64,000 nucleotides of DNA, from assembly GCF_000315625.1 (NCBI RefSeq), contig NW_005434669.1:469238-533237 (forward strand), given 5' to 3'. Source of the stretch: Guillardia theta CCMP2712. Its lineage: Eukaryota; Protista; Cryptophyta. Position numbers and translations under genes: made by a program. Below are positions 47,529 through 58,800 of this stretch, piece after piece. The notes beneath the pieces are model-generated. The model had not been told where the DNA came from. It saw nothing but the letters and a program-made list of their open reading frames with translations, and ran no database searches. How positions within the stretch are numbered: position 1 is the first letter of the stretch; every line of letters starts with the position of its first letter.

Positions 47529-50500
47529 ATGGAGGGAGAAGACGTGGGGGAGCCGACGACATGGGCGGCACCAGAGAGCGACAGTGAGGGAGAGTATGGC
47601 ATGGAGGCAGCGAGAAGGACACTAAGATCAGACGTCCTAGCGCAAGTGAGTCCTGCGCTGCTGTTCTTTATCACCAGTCGATGAAAGGAGGTCAGGACGA
47701 GCTTGAAGATCCGTTACTTGGGCCAGTCAAGAAGAACAGCGACATCAGCAGGTAGCCCGTTGCTTCCTCGTTCATACAGCCAAGCCCATTCCATTCATTC
47801 GAAGCCCACCAGGACGCTGGGACAGGCCCGTCGAGAAAATGAGAGCCTTGTAAATATCCGGAGGTGGTTTCCACAAACAGTTCCTGATGCCAAATGACTC
47901 GTGCCATGGCAGCGAGTCCTTTAATGCGATACACTATCTTTCTACAGTGCATGAGCATACAGATTTGAGCAGGATAGAGCAAGGTAAAGCGTCAGCATCG
48001 GACACATGGCAGCTCTGACAGGTAAACAGGGTTGAAGAGGCTGAAAGGAAGGCAAAAGGTACGCGGGGCAACATTCCCTCCCCGTCGGACCTCGTGAGTT
48101 CTGATATCATGATCGCATTCTGCTTGGAACCAGCTGGAGAAAGTCGGGCAGGACTCGAAGCAGCTCATCCATGCCAATTTCAGCAGATTCGTAGCAGCCC
48201 AGGTCGAGAGAAGGGTTGTTGTGCTTCAAACTCGCCATGACACACTCTCAGGATAAGATCTTAGAGCTACAGGAGATTCTTAAGTCTGAAAATGGCCCTG
48301 AGGAACTGCCTCTACCATCTTCGACGCGTGACTGAAGTCTTCTCGCAGGACCAACTCCTTGCCCTCAAGGAGCTGCTCTCCGAGCTGGATGAGCAGGCAG
48401 GGGTGGACTTGATCGCAACACGCTTCTGACAGATGCACAGGCAAAGAGTGTCTTCCAACCGATCTTAGAGTTGTCTCTTGCCATGGTGTGCGCGTATCAT
48501 GACTCCCTTCATCTCTCCCAGTATGCAAGAAAGAAGCACCAGGATCAGGAACTCTCTGGCGATTATAGGTGACCTTCCTTCCTCTCCCTTTCTGAATCTT
48601 CTGATGCTGCTTGTAAAATGTCAGATCGTCATCAAATGCTCCTTTTGTTACCCAAGAAGATCAAAGTGGATGCAGCAGAGTCGAACTACGATGAGGTCGC
48701 CCTGCTTTTTTCGACTCCATTCGCCAACCTTTTTCCTGAAGGTTGTCTCCGCATATTCAAGAGCGAAAGTTCAACTTGCAGGCTTCACCAGTGGGCTCTT
48801 TCGACAATTGGCAGATGAAATAGAAGCGCAGATAGATATTGTCAAGAGAGCTCTCACTAAGAAACTGGGAGACTTGTATTGTACAGTCAACGAGCTTCCA
48901 AGAGTTATCATGCACTTGAGCAAGCTCGACACGATTTCTCGAACGAATGGCAAGAGGCTCGAAGACTTTTCAGAAATTCGCAGCAATGCAAAGTGACGTG
49001 CTGCTAATCCTGTGCTTTAGCGCTGACGACTTTCCTTCAGAAAGTGCATCCGAATGCAGACAGAAGCGATTCTATCCGTGATGTCAAAAGCTGTCTCAAG
49101 CTTTCTGGACCAGGTAAGACACTTGCAAAACATCATAGCCTACAGGTGCCTGACATCATGTTGTAGGGTTTTGAATTTGATAAATTGTCTTCCAACTTGA
49201 AAGTAATTCACGAGTTGTTTTCTTTCTCATCCCAGGATCACACGTCGCAGGATGAGGACTGGGAGTTTGGATTCAGTCTGTCAGACTCTGACGGTCGAAA
49301 GTGCTTTTTTTATCTTGCAGTCGTTGATCCTTCTCACTCAGCTCTGAATGAAACCAAACGAGCATCCGATGGTGACATCTCGGACAATCAGATTCGGCAA
49401 AGGATTCAGCACACGTTTGACGGCCTGGTCACTGCTCTTGTGTAGGGATATGACACAAAATTTAGACATGCACTGATGATTATCTTGCAGAAATACGCTC
49501 ACGAGTACTCTCGAGATCAACACCAAACGGCTGATCAATCTCGATGACATGTGCTTGTCTTTGTTTCGCAATTACGACAAGTCCTCGACCCCTTCAAACG
49601 GTCTAGACCCCTTGTGACAGCAGCGACTGCTCACTGATCCCGTCAGATTCCTCTGGGCCGCCAGTGCAGCCAAGAAAGCTCGCAAGACAAGGAACCTTCG
49701 ACACTCACGGGAAAGGGAAGAACACAAACATCCTGATGAGCTCCCTTCATGATATCGTCGAGTTCTACGACTCCTCCTTGAAGCCAATCTTCCAGCGGTC
49801 CTCCCTGCCTCCTGTCACCTTCTTCTGTTCTAAACAGGTTATCAGAGGCTGTCTGGTCAACGGAACAAGAATCTGGACCTCGCAGTTTGTGACCTTGCAA
49901 TGCCTGGACACTGTCTGCGCATGTCGGAGCTCTATCTCGAAGGTGATTGTTGGCAAGGGGATGCAGCCAGGAAACTCTGACCCTCATGCAGGTTCAGAAT
50001 TGTCCACAGGAGCTGCTGGTCAAGGTTGGAGCGGTCATTGAAGGGTTCAGCGGGTCGACAATGAGAGATGTACCGATCACACTCGTATGCTGCGGCCTGA
50101 GATGCTCGTGGTGATCTTGTAGATGTTCGCGCACCTGAAGATGCTGTTGCAAAACGAAGTCATCCAGCGTGAAAAATTCAGCCCAGACATCATGTTTGCA
50201 GTTCTGAACCCTCCTGCATCGGACCTCACTTGCCCGCAGAGACATCGAGACCGGGAACTCCTCCATCCCCATCATCTTCCGGTGAACTTGAACTTGACAG
50301 CAAGGATGAGGCTGACTTGTCAATTCAAACCAGAAAATCGATAGCCGATGCCCTCGAGCAGGTCAAGTCGCATCCGATCCGCCTTGCGGTGTGACGTCAG
50401 GCAGGTCCGAGGCATCGTGCTGGTCTCCGAGGGCCTCCGATCCTTGGCTGTCAAACTTTGCGTGCAGGTGCGGTGAGACCTCCGGTGCTTGCATGCGGGT

Positions 50501-52203
50501 AACGTCACCACCCAGTCCATCGAGCTCTTATTGGATGCTCTTCATCGAATCGCCTTCGGGGATTCATCAACAGAGGTGAGAGGGAAACAGCTTGCGCTCG
50601 TTCGGAATCACATCATGACGCAGGATGCTTTCCTCAAGTACTGGTCTTATCAGGACTTCAAGAAGATCGAGGGAAATGTGGAGGTGGCAGAGAAGAATCA
50701 GAATGGAACTCCGTCGAAACCTTCCTCGAGCTTGAACGGGGAGATGTTCAGTCACTTCCAGCTGTACGAAGTAGATTGGAATTCCGTGGAGTTTCGACAG
50801 AACAGCATGAGGGTGATAGCGCAATCTCTGACGAGAAGGAGAAGGAACACAAACTCTAAGGTGAAACGCAAAGTTCTGTCTGTCCCGAGTTGAAGTGTTG
50901 GGTATTTCAGCACATGAGTGACGACACCCTTGCGTCAAGAGCCACTCAATACAATCTAGTTCAGAACCTCCTTTCCGTCTTAGCAGATGTAGAATACGTC
51001 AGGAAGAACGTCAGAGACATTCTGCAGGTGAGCTCTTTGCAGGATCTTGTCGCAAATGACACGAAACAGGAATGTGGGGAGATTCTTTTCGAGGATGAAA
51101 AGGTTGCTTCTCTCTTGCTAGCTGAATGCGACAATCATGGCCACGTGAAGTTTCAGGACGATGAGATCGAGCATGAAGTCAGCGACGTGGAGAACTTGTG
51201 TGAAATGCTGCAAGAACTCCTCGGTGCTCAAATTTGAAAGCTCAAGGGTGCACGGGAGAGAGATCGCTGTGTGCACGATGGGAGGAGGGAGCCGAGGGAA
51301 GGGGGAAGAGGGGGAGCGGAGGGAGTGATGGGAGATGCTGACAGAGTCGCAGAGGAGAAGTACATCCGAGGGATGTCGGTCGCGCTCAAGGATGTGACTG
51401 CTGCAGGCATCAAGGATTGGGACACGACAAAAGCTAGTGACGTCGGGGAGAGCGAGGCAGGGAGCAACGCCGCCCTCGAGCCTGACAGTGAGGGACGAGG
51501 GGAGGAAAGGGATCTGAACTCAAACACCTCGACCAGGAGTGCGCGAGTACGCCGACGAGACCCTGGCGATCGTGTGCCGTGCCATGGATCACTTCCGGTG
51601 GTGGCAGAGGCCTTGGTGGCGGGCAAGTGACATTGCGGGGTGAAGGTGCCTCGGAAGTAGAATCCAGGAGAAGGTGCTGGTCTATGTCGTCGACGCCCTA
51701 TGGGTCAACATGTTTGAAGTGATTCGGTAGCTCTTGCGTGCTCCAGGCTGCGGCCGGTCGCCTGAGGGATGAGAATCAGATCTGAGAGGGAAAGATTCGA
51801 AATCCAGCAAGGTGGAAAGAAGTCAGCAGCGGCCGCGCTTCAAGTATCTGCAAGTCTGTTTGCCGAATGCCCTGGATTTGATGCTTTCTGCGTGCAGTTG
51901 GACTCCGAGGTGCAGTTCCTGAAGCTAGCCCTGATGAAATATTCTGAACAAGACAGCCGGTGATCCATCTCCTCGTCCTGCTGGCCTGAGTCTCTCTCAG
52001 CGGGCGGGTTGAGAGGAGAGTCGCGCTGCTGTCCGAGTTCATGGAGGCCTGGCTCCGCTCCTGCGATGTCTCCATGGAGGAGGCCAAGGTCAAGCCGATC
52101 GAAACCGATGAAGTAACCTCAAAATTTCCTGCAGGTCATTCGCAAGGCGGCGATTCGTGAAGCCATGTTTCGATCGCGCATCCTTGTGTCTTGTTTCTCT
52201 TAG
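47529..52203 (+). CDS. EXOC2: Exocyst complex component 2 (Sec5), many exons
   Basis: DPL motif, KQLIHANFSRFVAAQDTL, RIRNSLAII..LLLPKKI..NYDEVVSAYSRAK, and a helical C-terminus ending ..LVSCFS*. Confidence 0.72.
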
Positions 52204-52609
52204 TGGCAGATGATGAGGGGAGGGGGAGAGCAGGATTCATTCAATGTAAGATGTTTGTGTACACCAACTCACTTGCCGGTGAGCGCGGCTTCAAGTGTGC
52301 TTGAACTCACTTGCTGGGGGTCTTGTGCTTGCCAGCCGGCTCCGAGCGCCGGCGGATAAATAATTGAACTCACTAGGAGTGATCGGACTGAACGGACTAG
52401 TAAGAATGACGGATTGCATGCCAGCCGTGCCAGAACCAAAAGAAGACCCTGACGTGTTGCAGAGGCGGCAGCAATATGTAACATAGGGACGAAGAGGAGG
52501 GACCTAAGGCTCCTCTCATGTCTGGATGCTTGGGGATCACATACTAGCATACTGCCACGGTCTATCTCTCATGTGCTCCTCCGACAACCCCTGTTTCGTG
52601 TGCATCAGA

Positions 52610-52790
52610 CTCAGTCTTGAGCAAAACCTGTTACGCCAAGTTGCCTCCAGCACTGAGTCTGAGTCAGAGAGCTTGGCATCTGACGCCGTGACCCCCGGGC
52701 CCTACTCAGTTCACTCTAACTCAGTTGGCCCGGCGACTCAGTGAGCCTGACGGGGCCCGGCCCCGGGCCGCTGGCCGCAGTCCAATCTAA
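52610..52790. repeat. GC/GAGTC-rich island upstream of the 916-aa gene
   Basis: Repeated ACTCAG/CTGAGT and GGGCCCGGCCCCGGGCC. Confidence 0.65.
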
Positions 52791-53061
52791 CATTTTCGAC
52801 CGTTACAGATGTGTAACCATCAACGGAAGGGCAAGATGGGCGGTGATCGAAACAGCTCGACCACCCCCACTACATAGGTTTGAATTGGCACGACCCAGAC
52901 GTCTGCATGTACCCCTGAAGTAGAAGGATCTCTCAATTGCCTTTCGACTTAAAACTTCAGAGCTCGTACCCTGTCACGTTCCATCACCCTAATTTCGGTT
53001 TATTCACCACCCCCACCGGTTTTGAAGGAGCACCCGGACCTCCTGGCGATCGTTGCCGCTC

Positions 53062-55812
53062 ATGCTGGTGTCTGCTCAACGTTTCGGAGCAGTGAGGAGG
53101 GACGACGACGAGGATGAGGAGGAGGACGAGAACGTCGGGCTCGATGAAAGTGGAGACGATGGACCGCATCTTCCTGGGAGGATGGGATATTCTGGAGTGC
53201 ATGCAAGGGCAAGTGCTGGTCTGATGCAGGTGAAAGAGGAGGAGCAGCCGGAGATCGAAAGCAAAGTAGGGAAGTACGTCAGATCGGAAAGGGGAAGTAT
53301 TGTACAGCAGGGAAGCGTGGAAGATGATTGGCAGGAATTTGATGATATCAGATGGAGTGAAAACCATGCAAAACTGCTCTATATGGTATCTAAGTACGCA
53401 TATCCAGCAAAGACAGGCAATGAGAAGGAAACATGGATCCGAGAGATTCCTCTTCTTGTCATGATATATGAGGGAATCATAGCAGGTGTCCTCGACTTTG
53501 ACTACGCTCCTGTCTCAGTGTTAGTATCTCAGAACGGAGTATCAAAGAGATGCTTCATGAATGTCACGCAGGAGGGTAAAAGTGCGATCGATGATTTGCG
53601 TGAGAGAAGGCTGATGAACGGCCTCAAGCTCTCATCTGAAGATTTTCAGCCCGTGTCTTGCTATCAAGTTTCGTTCCATGGCCTAGATTTTCTCGAACGA
53701 ATCCCGCAGAAACTCAGATCCGATGTCGACGCATTCATTTATGCGCCGAAACCTTACCAGAACAAATTGTTGAATGTTATCATGAAACGAGAGATTCTCG
53801 ATGAGGAAATCGAAGAAGTTCAAAACTTCTACCTAATTGCAGAAGGAGGATATGAAAGAATATCCGGAGTCACAGAAATCGAGGACGTATCGTATGTATC
53901 TAGCCCATATCTTCCGCTGATTGTGCGCACCGGGGAAAAGGCATTGAAAAACAATTCTCACCGTGCATCGGAGGCGGCGTCAGGGGAGAGCAACATCAAA
54001 GATGAGCTTTCAGAGGCGATTCACTTAGCAAACGTCAAGATCCTCGTCGGAGAGTGGATACCCTTCGGCCCCAATCAAATCGTCGCTCTGAATGAAAGGC
54101 TGGGGGCAATGGACAGATGTCAAGGGGGATTGTTCACCTCCAAAATAGACAAAGATCCCACCTCAACTCAGTTTCAAGTTCCTACTGGGCTGACGCAAGT
54201 CCGAATCTTAGATTATGATCTTACACATTGCATCAACTTTGAAGCCGAAATCAACTATCCTGAAGCAGAAGGAATAGTACAGATTGAGAATTTCGGGATG
54301 CACTTGAATGTAGATGGAACTATTATTTATGGTATGGGCATCGAAGCGATCATGGAGAGAAAGGCTGATGACATATCTTTAGACATGCTTAGCAGACTGC
54401 TGGTGGACGTGCAAAAAGATTCGTCAACTATCATCAATGATTTGCTCTCAGCTTACCAACGATCACTGCTATCCATGGTATTCTGCAATGATGAAATGAA
54501 TCGTTGCAAATACAACCTGGTGCTCTGCGAGTCGATCGACCCCAAATTGCAGTGCGAGGAATACATAGATCGCGGTGACAACGAGAACGAGCTCAAGCAA
54601 GTGATTGGAGACATTCAAAGCGCTCACAACGTGGGGGCTGATGATATTTTGATTCTGGGTCGAGATGGGCTGATTCTTGCTGGACCCAACGGAAGGCGAT
54701 ATGAGAAGCTGATACTGCTGCACCTGTCGCTGCTTGTCAGGGAGATGTTTGTGAGAGTCTTCTTCATTCGCACCTACGTGCTGGATGACAGCCTGAAACG
54801 AATCAGAAAGATGATCCTAGAGCATGAGAAAGACCCCAACAACGTCCCCAAGCTGAGGATCCAGCTGAACGACACTTCTCGAGATATCATCTTGCTGGAA
54901 GAAATCATCTCCTACCTCCTTGAATCCTTGAATAGCATGGAGGTTCCTGCGATGCCAGAGGACGAGGCGAGCGCCACTCTGTACAAAGCTCTCAATCTTG
55001 CGAGTATGAAGAGAGATGTAACGCATCGAGTGGAGGACTTGAGAAAGTTGGTCCATGGTGCGCAAAACGAATTGCAGAACCTCTCGTCAATGACAGAAAT
55101 GATCAACACGAAACAACTGGAAGAAATCTTCAGGAACGTCGAATCGAACACAAAGTATTTGGTTGATGGCTCTGGAACAAACGAAAGGGCGAGTGCAAGT
55201 CTTGAAGTCATGCAGATGATGCTGGCAGGAATATTTGCCTTCGACGTGATTGATCACATCTCGGGGGGGACTTTAGGTCTCTCGACTCCCTGGTGGGTTG
55301 AGCAATGGATCAATCAGCCTATCGTCGCAAGATTTCCTTTCCTCTGGTTCGCTCTCAACCTGCTCTGGATGGTTATCTTTGTGTATGGCGTGACCAGGTT
55401 CATGCGCTATCTTTCTGACCTTTCCAGCGGGTTTCTCACCCTACACGTTCGCATTAATGCAAAGATAAATGTGGAGAAGATGGAGATGTTCTTGTCGGAC
55501 AAGCGCATCGACGTCACTGATACCATTGAAGAACCAGCAATGTCGATCAAGAAAGTTTCATGGCAGGAAAGCGACAGGATTCTTTGGGCTGGCGGATCAC
55601 CCCCGAAGATTGAAGTAGCTTATGACGCTCAGAATGGATTCCTGCTGACGGTTCTCTTCAACCTCGACAAGAAGAAGTCATCTCTCGACGAGGACGGGCT
55701 AATGAGAATCTTCACTGCGGTATTGGCCGAGTACGGAGTGTTAGAAGATTATGAGCCTCCAAGAACAGCTCTGTACGATATGGAGGACCGGGATGACGAC
55801 AAGGAGGATTAG
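53062..55812 (+). CDS. Intronless conserved-looking hypothetical protein (~916 aa) with C-terminal coiled coil + 2 TM helices
   Basis: Long uninterrupted ORF with globular composition (LLVMIYEGII..FDYAP), a long amphipathic helix, then two hydrophobic segments. Confidence 0.85.
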   Translation: MLVSAQRFGAVRRDDDEDEEEDENVGLDESGDDGPHLPGRMGYSGVHARASAGLMQVKEEEQPEIESKVGKYVRSERGSIVQQGSVEDDWQEFDDIRWSENHAKLLYMVSKYAYPAKTGNEKETWIREIPLLVMIYEGIIAGVLDFDYAPVSVLVSQNGVSKRCFMNVTQEGKSAIDDLRERRLMNGLKLSSEDFQPVSCYQVSFHGLDFLERIPQKLRSDVDAFIYAPKPYQNKLLNVIMKREILDEEIEEVQNFYLIAEGGYERISGVTEIEDVSYVSSPYLPLIVRTGEKALKNNSHRASEAASGESNIKDELSEAIHLANVKILVGEWIPFGPNQIVALNERLGAMDRCQGGLFTSKIDKDPTSTQFQVPTGLTQVRILDYDLTHCINFEAEINYPEAEGIVQIENFGMHLNVDGTIIYGMGIEAIMERKADDISLDMLSRLLVDVQKDSSTIINDLLSAYQRSLLSMVFCNDEMNRCKYNLVLCESIDPKLQCEEYIDRGDNENELKQVIGDIQSAHNVGADDILILGRDGLILAGPNGRRYEKLILLHLSLLVREMFVRVFFIRTYVLDDSLKRIRKMILEHEKDPNNVPKLRIQLNDTSRDIILLEEIISYLLESLNSMEVPAMPEDEASATLYKALNLASMKRDVTHRVEDLRKLVHGAQNELQNLSSMTEMINTKQLEEIFRNVESNTKYLVDGSGTNERASASLEVMQMMLAGIFAFDVIDHISGGTLGLSTPWWVEQWINQPIVARFPFLWFALNLLWMVIFVYGVTRFMRYLSDLSSGFLTLHVRINAKINVEKMEMFLSDKRIDVTDTIEEPAMSIKKVSWQESDRILWAGGSPPKIEVAYDAQNGFLLTVLFNLDKKKSSLDEDGLMRIFTAVLAEYGVLEDYEPPRTALYDMEDRDDDKED

Positions 55813-55892
55813 AGGAGGAGGGAGTCCCGTCTCAATCAAGTAGCTTTAATTGTCTAGGATAATATTACAAGGTGAAAGTCTCCTCAAGTCTG

Positions 55893-58800
55893 TTACTGAA
55901 GGGCCTGGTTGAAGGGAGCGAGCGCGGATCTCTTCAAAGGTTTCTGAGCTTGAGATTTCCCTGAACTTTTAGACTCCTGGAGGTTTTCCTTATCAACTGG
56001 GAGGGACAACTGGCCCTCAAGCTCCTTGATCCTGTCCTGCAGGTCCTCTATTTTCTTGTCCCTCCTCTGAACCCTTCCTGTGTACTCTGCCTTCATCACA
56101 GTCATCTTGTGAAAGGCCTCGTTCCTCACTTTCTCGGCCACTCTGAGCTGCTGCTCGAAGGAGTCTCTTTCCTCACACGAGAGCCCTCCACCATTCTTGC
56201 TCAACTCTTCCTCTTTGTGCTCTAGCTCGAACTTCAGCTCTTGGATCAGCCTCTCCGCCTCTGCCAGCTTCTCCTCCAGTCCTCTTCTCAGGTTTCTCTC
56301 CCGATCCGAGTCTTCCTCAAGCTGCAGCAGTTTCTCGTACTGCTCGTTGATCTGCCTCTCCGCCTCCATCCGCATGTCTTCCTCCGCCTGCTGCTTCTGC
56401 CCTTCCAAACTCTCCAGCTCCTCTTCCAGCCTGCTGATCCTTCCCAGGGCCTCCTCCAGCTCCCCAAGTTTGGCATCGAGCTGACCTTGCAGGGTCAAGT
56501 TCTGCTGCTTGAGCTCCTGGCTGCTCACTCGTGCCTCCTGAAGCTCGTCCGACAACTTGCTCACTGTCGACATCACCTGCGCCCCCGAGCTGTCTTTCGC
56601 TTCCAACATGCGCTGCAGGGTCTCGCGCTCCTGGCAAACAACCGCGAGGTTTGCTTTCCCAGTGCTCACCTCCAACTCCAGCTTCTGGCCCCTCAGTTCC
56701 AGCTCGTTGACCTTCTCCTGCAGCCTCGGGATCTCCTTGACGCGCTCAGCCTCGCTCTCCATCCTTTCAACCTTCGCCCGGAGGCTGTCCAGCTGCTTCT
56801 CGAGGTTCAAGCATTCTTCTCTAGAGCGCTCCAGATCATTCTTCACCCTCGACATGCTGCTCAAATATTCTGCGGCCTCCTCGGATTTGCCACTGATCGA
56901 GGACTCCAGCTGCCACATCCTCTTCTCAGCTGCCGCGAGCTTCTCAGCAAGTTCATTCTTCTCCAACTTGAGGTCTCTGCAGGAGTCTGACAACTTGGTG
57001 GCCTCGTGCTCGGCTTTCTCGCACTTCTCGCTGATGTCTCTGATCCTCTCTCTCATCTGCTCCTCGGCCATGTCTCGATCAGCCACCAGCCTGTCCAGCT
57101 CCTTCTGAGTCGCGTTGGATCCTACCTTGAGCTGAGAAATCTCTTGGAAGAGGATCTTCGCCTCCTCCTGGTACCGCACTAGCTCAGCCTTGAGGAAGTT
57201 GGTCTCCTCGTTGCTCTTGGTAGTCGAAGCTTCAAGATTGCAAGAGAGCCGGATGATCTCAGCCTCTTTGCTCTTCACGCTCTCTGTCATCTCAGCGTTG
57301 GCATGCTTCAACCCGTGCAAGTCTTTCTTCAGAGCCTCCAACTCCTGCGCCCTCTCCATGTAGGTCATCAGGTCATCCGACACCCTGTGGTACTCCTCCT
57401 CCACTTGTCGCTTCTCCTCAAGGAGCGAACTCATCTCAGCTTGCAGCTTCTCCATCTTCTTCGCCATCTCCTCCGAGGCGGCAAGGATATCTTTGGTATC
57501 CGAGAACTCAGCGAACTGAATTCTCAGCTTGCTCTTTTCCTCCTCGGCAGCGGCAAGAGTAGCCTTCACCTCCTCCAGTTCCCCGAGCAGCTGGGCTCTG
57601 TTCGAGCTGCTGTCCTCCGCAAGGGCTTGATTCTCAGCTCGGAGCTGCTGGATCTCAAAGTTGGCATCAGTGAGGCTGCTCAATGTCTCGTTGTGCTCAG
57701 CTCGCATGGACTTGATCTGCTCCTGGAGGTCGGTCGACATCTCCTCGAATCTGCTCAGTCGCGTCAAGTCGGACTTCTGTGTCTCGACTCTCTTGCTCAA
57801 GGTATCGATCTGCTTCTCAGCTTCATCGAGATCGTTCTGCAGGATGTCGGAAGCCTTCTTGTTCTGCGACAGCAGCTCCTCTTTCGCTTTCACCTGCGCT
57901 CTTTCTCACAAACAACTCTCAAGGTTGGCAGCTCAAACCTGCTCTCGTAGTTTTTCTGCTTCATGCTGGAGAGATTCTAGCTCCTCTGACATCATCTTTT
58001 CTCGCAAGTCAACTCCTCCACCTTGCCTTCCAGCCTCTTCCGCTGACTGTCAATGTCTTCGCACAATTTTTCTAGTTCGCTCTGTTGATATTGCAGGTCC
58101 TGCAACTCGATCGACGTCTGGGCATGTGCGGCTACGAGACTTTCGTGCTGTTGCTTCAAGGAGTCTCGCTCGTCAGCAAGTGAGAGAACATCCTGCTGCA
58201 GGACTTGCAGCTCCTCCTCCTGTGACTATGCTCAATCTTTGTTTCTTCGCTGAGCTGCTTTCTCACCTTCTCACGCATCTCGGCTGTAACCTTCTCGAGC
58301 TCGCTAGATGCCCATGCAGCTTTCTTCTCTGCTAAGTTGAGCGCGTTGGTTGTCTCTTTCATCTTGAGATTGGCTGTTTTGAGCTTCTCGTTTTCTTTTT
58401 CGATCATCTCGAGTTTGCTTGAGTTGATTCGATTTTCCTGCAGTCGACTATCATGACAGCTGAGGGGATTGCCAAATCACCTTCTCAGCATTCCCTTTGT
58501 CTGCGAGGACCTGCGATTTCTCCGTGTGCAAGGATTTCACCTTGCAACTCCTTCAGTCATGTCTCTACAGCAGGATTCATCACCTTCTCTTCCGATGTGC
58601 TCAGCTTGTTCTTGATCTTCTCCAGCTCTTTCTCCAGCTCTTCCTTGCTCCTCTCGAGAGATGCACTCTTCTGCGCTTTGGATCTGTTCGCATGCTCAGC
58701 TGCCTCGGGTCATCGATGACTTTCTCACCTCAGCTCCTTCTTCGTCACCGAGACCTCCTCCTTGAGAGCTGCAATCTCCGACTTGAGCTGCTCGCACTGC

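Noticed and set aside
52260-52610. Possible ncRNA or small minus-strand gene (TTCAAG/CTTGAA hairpin, AACTCACT x3)
   Set aside because: No recognisable RNA family or convincing reading frame.
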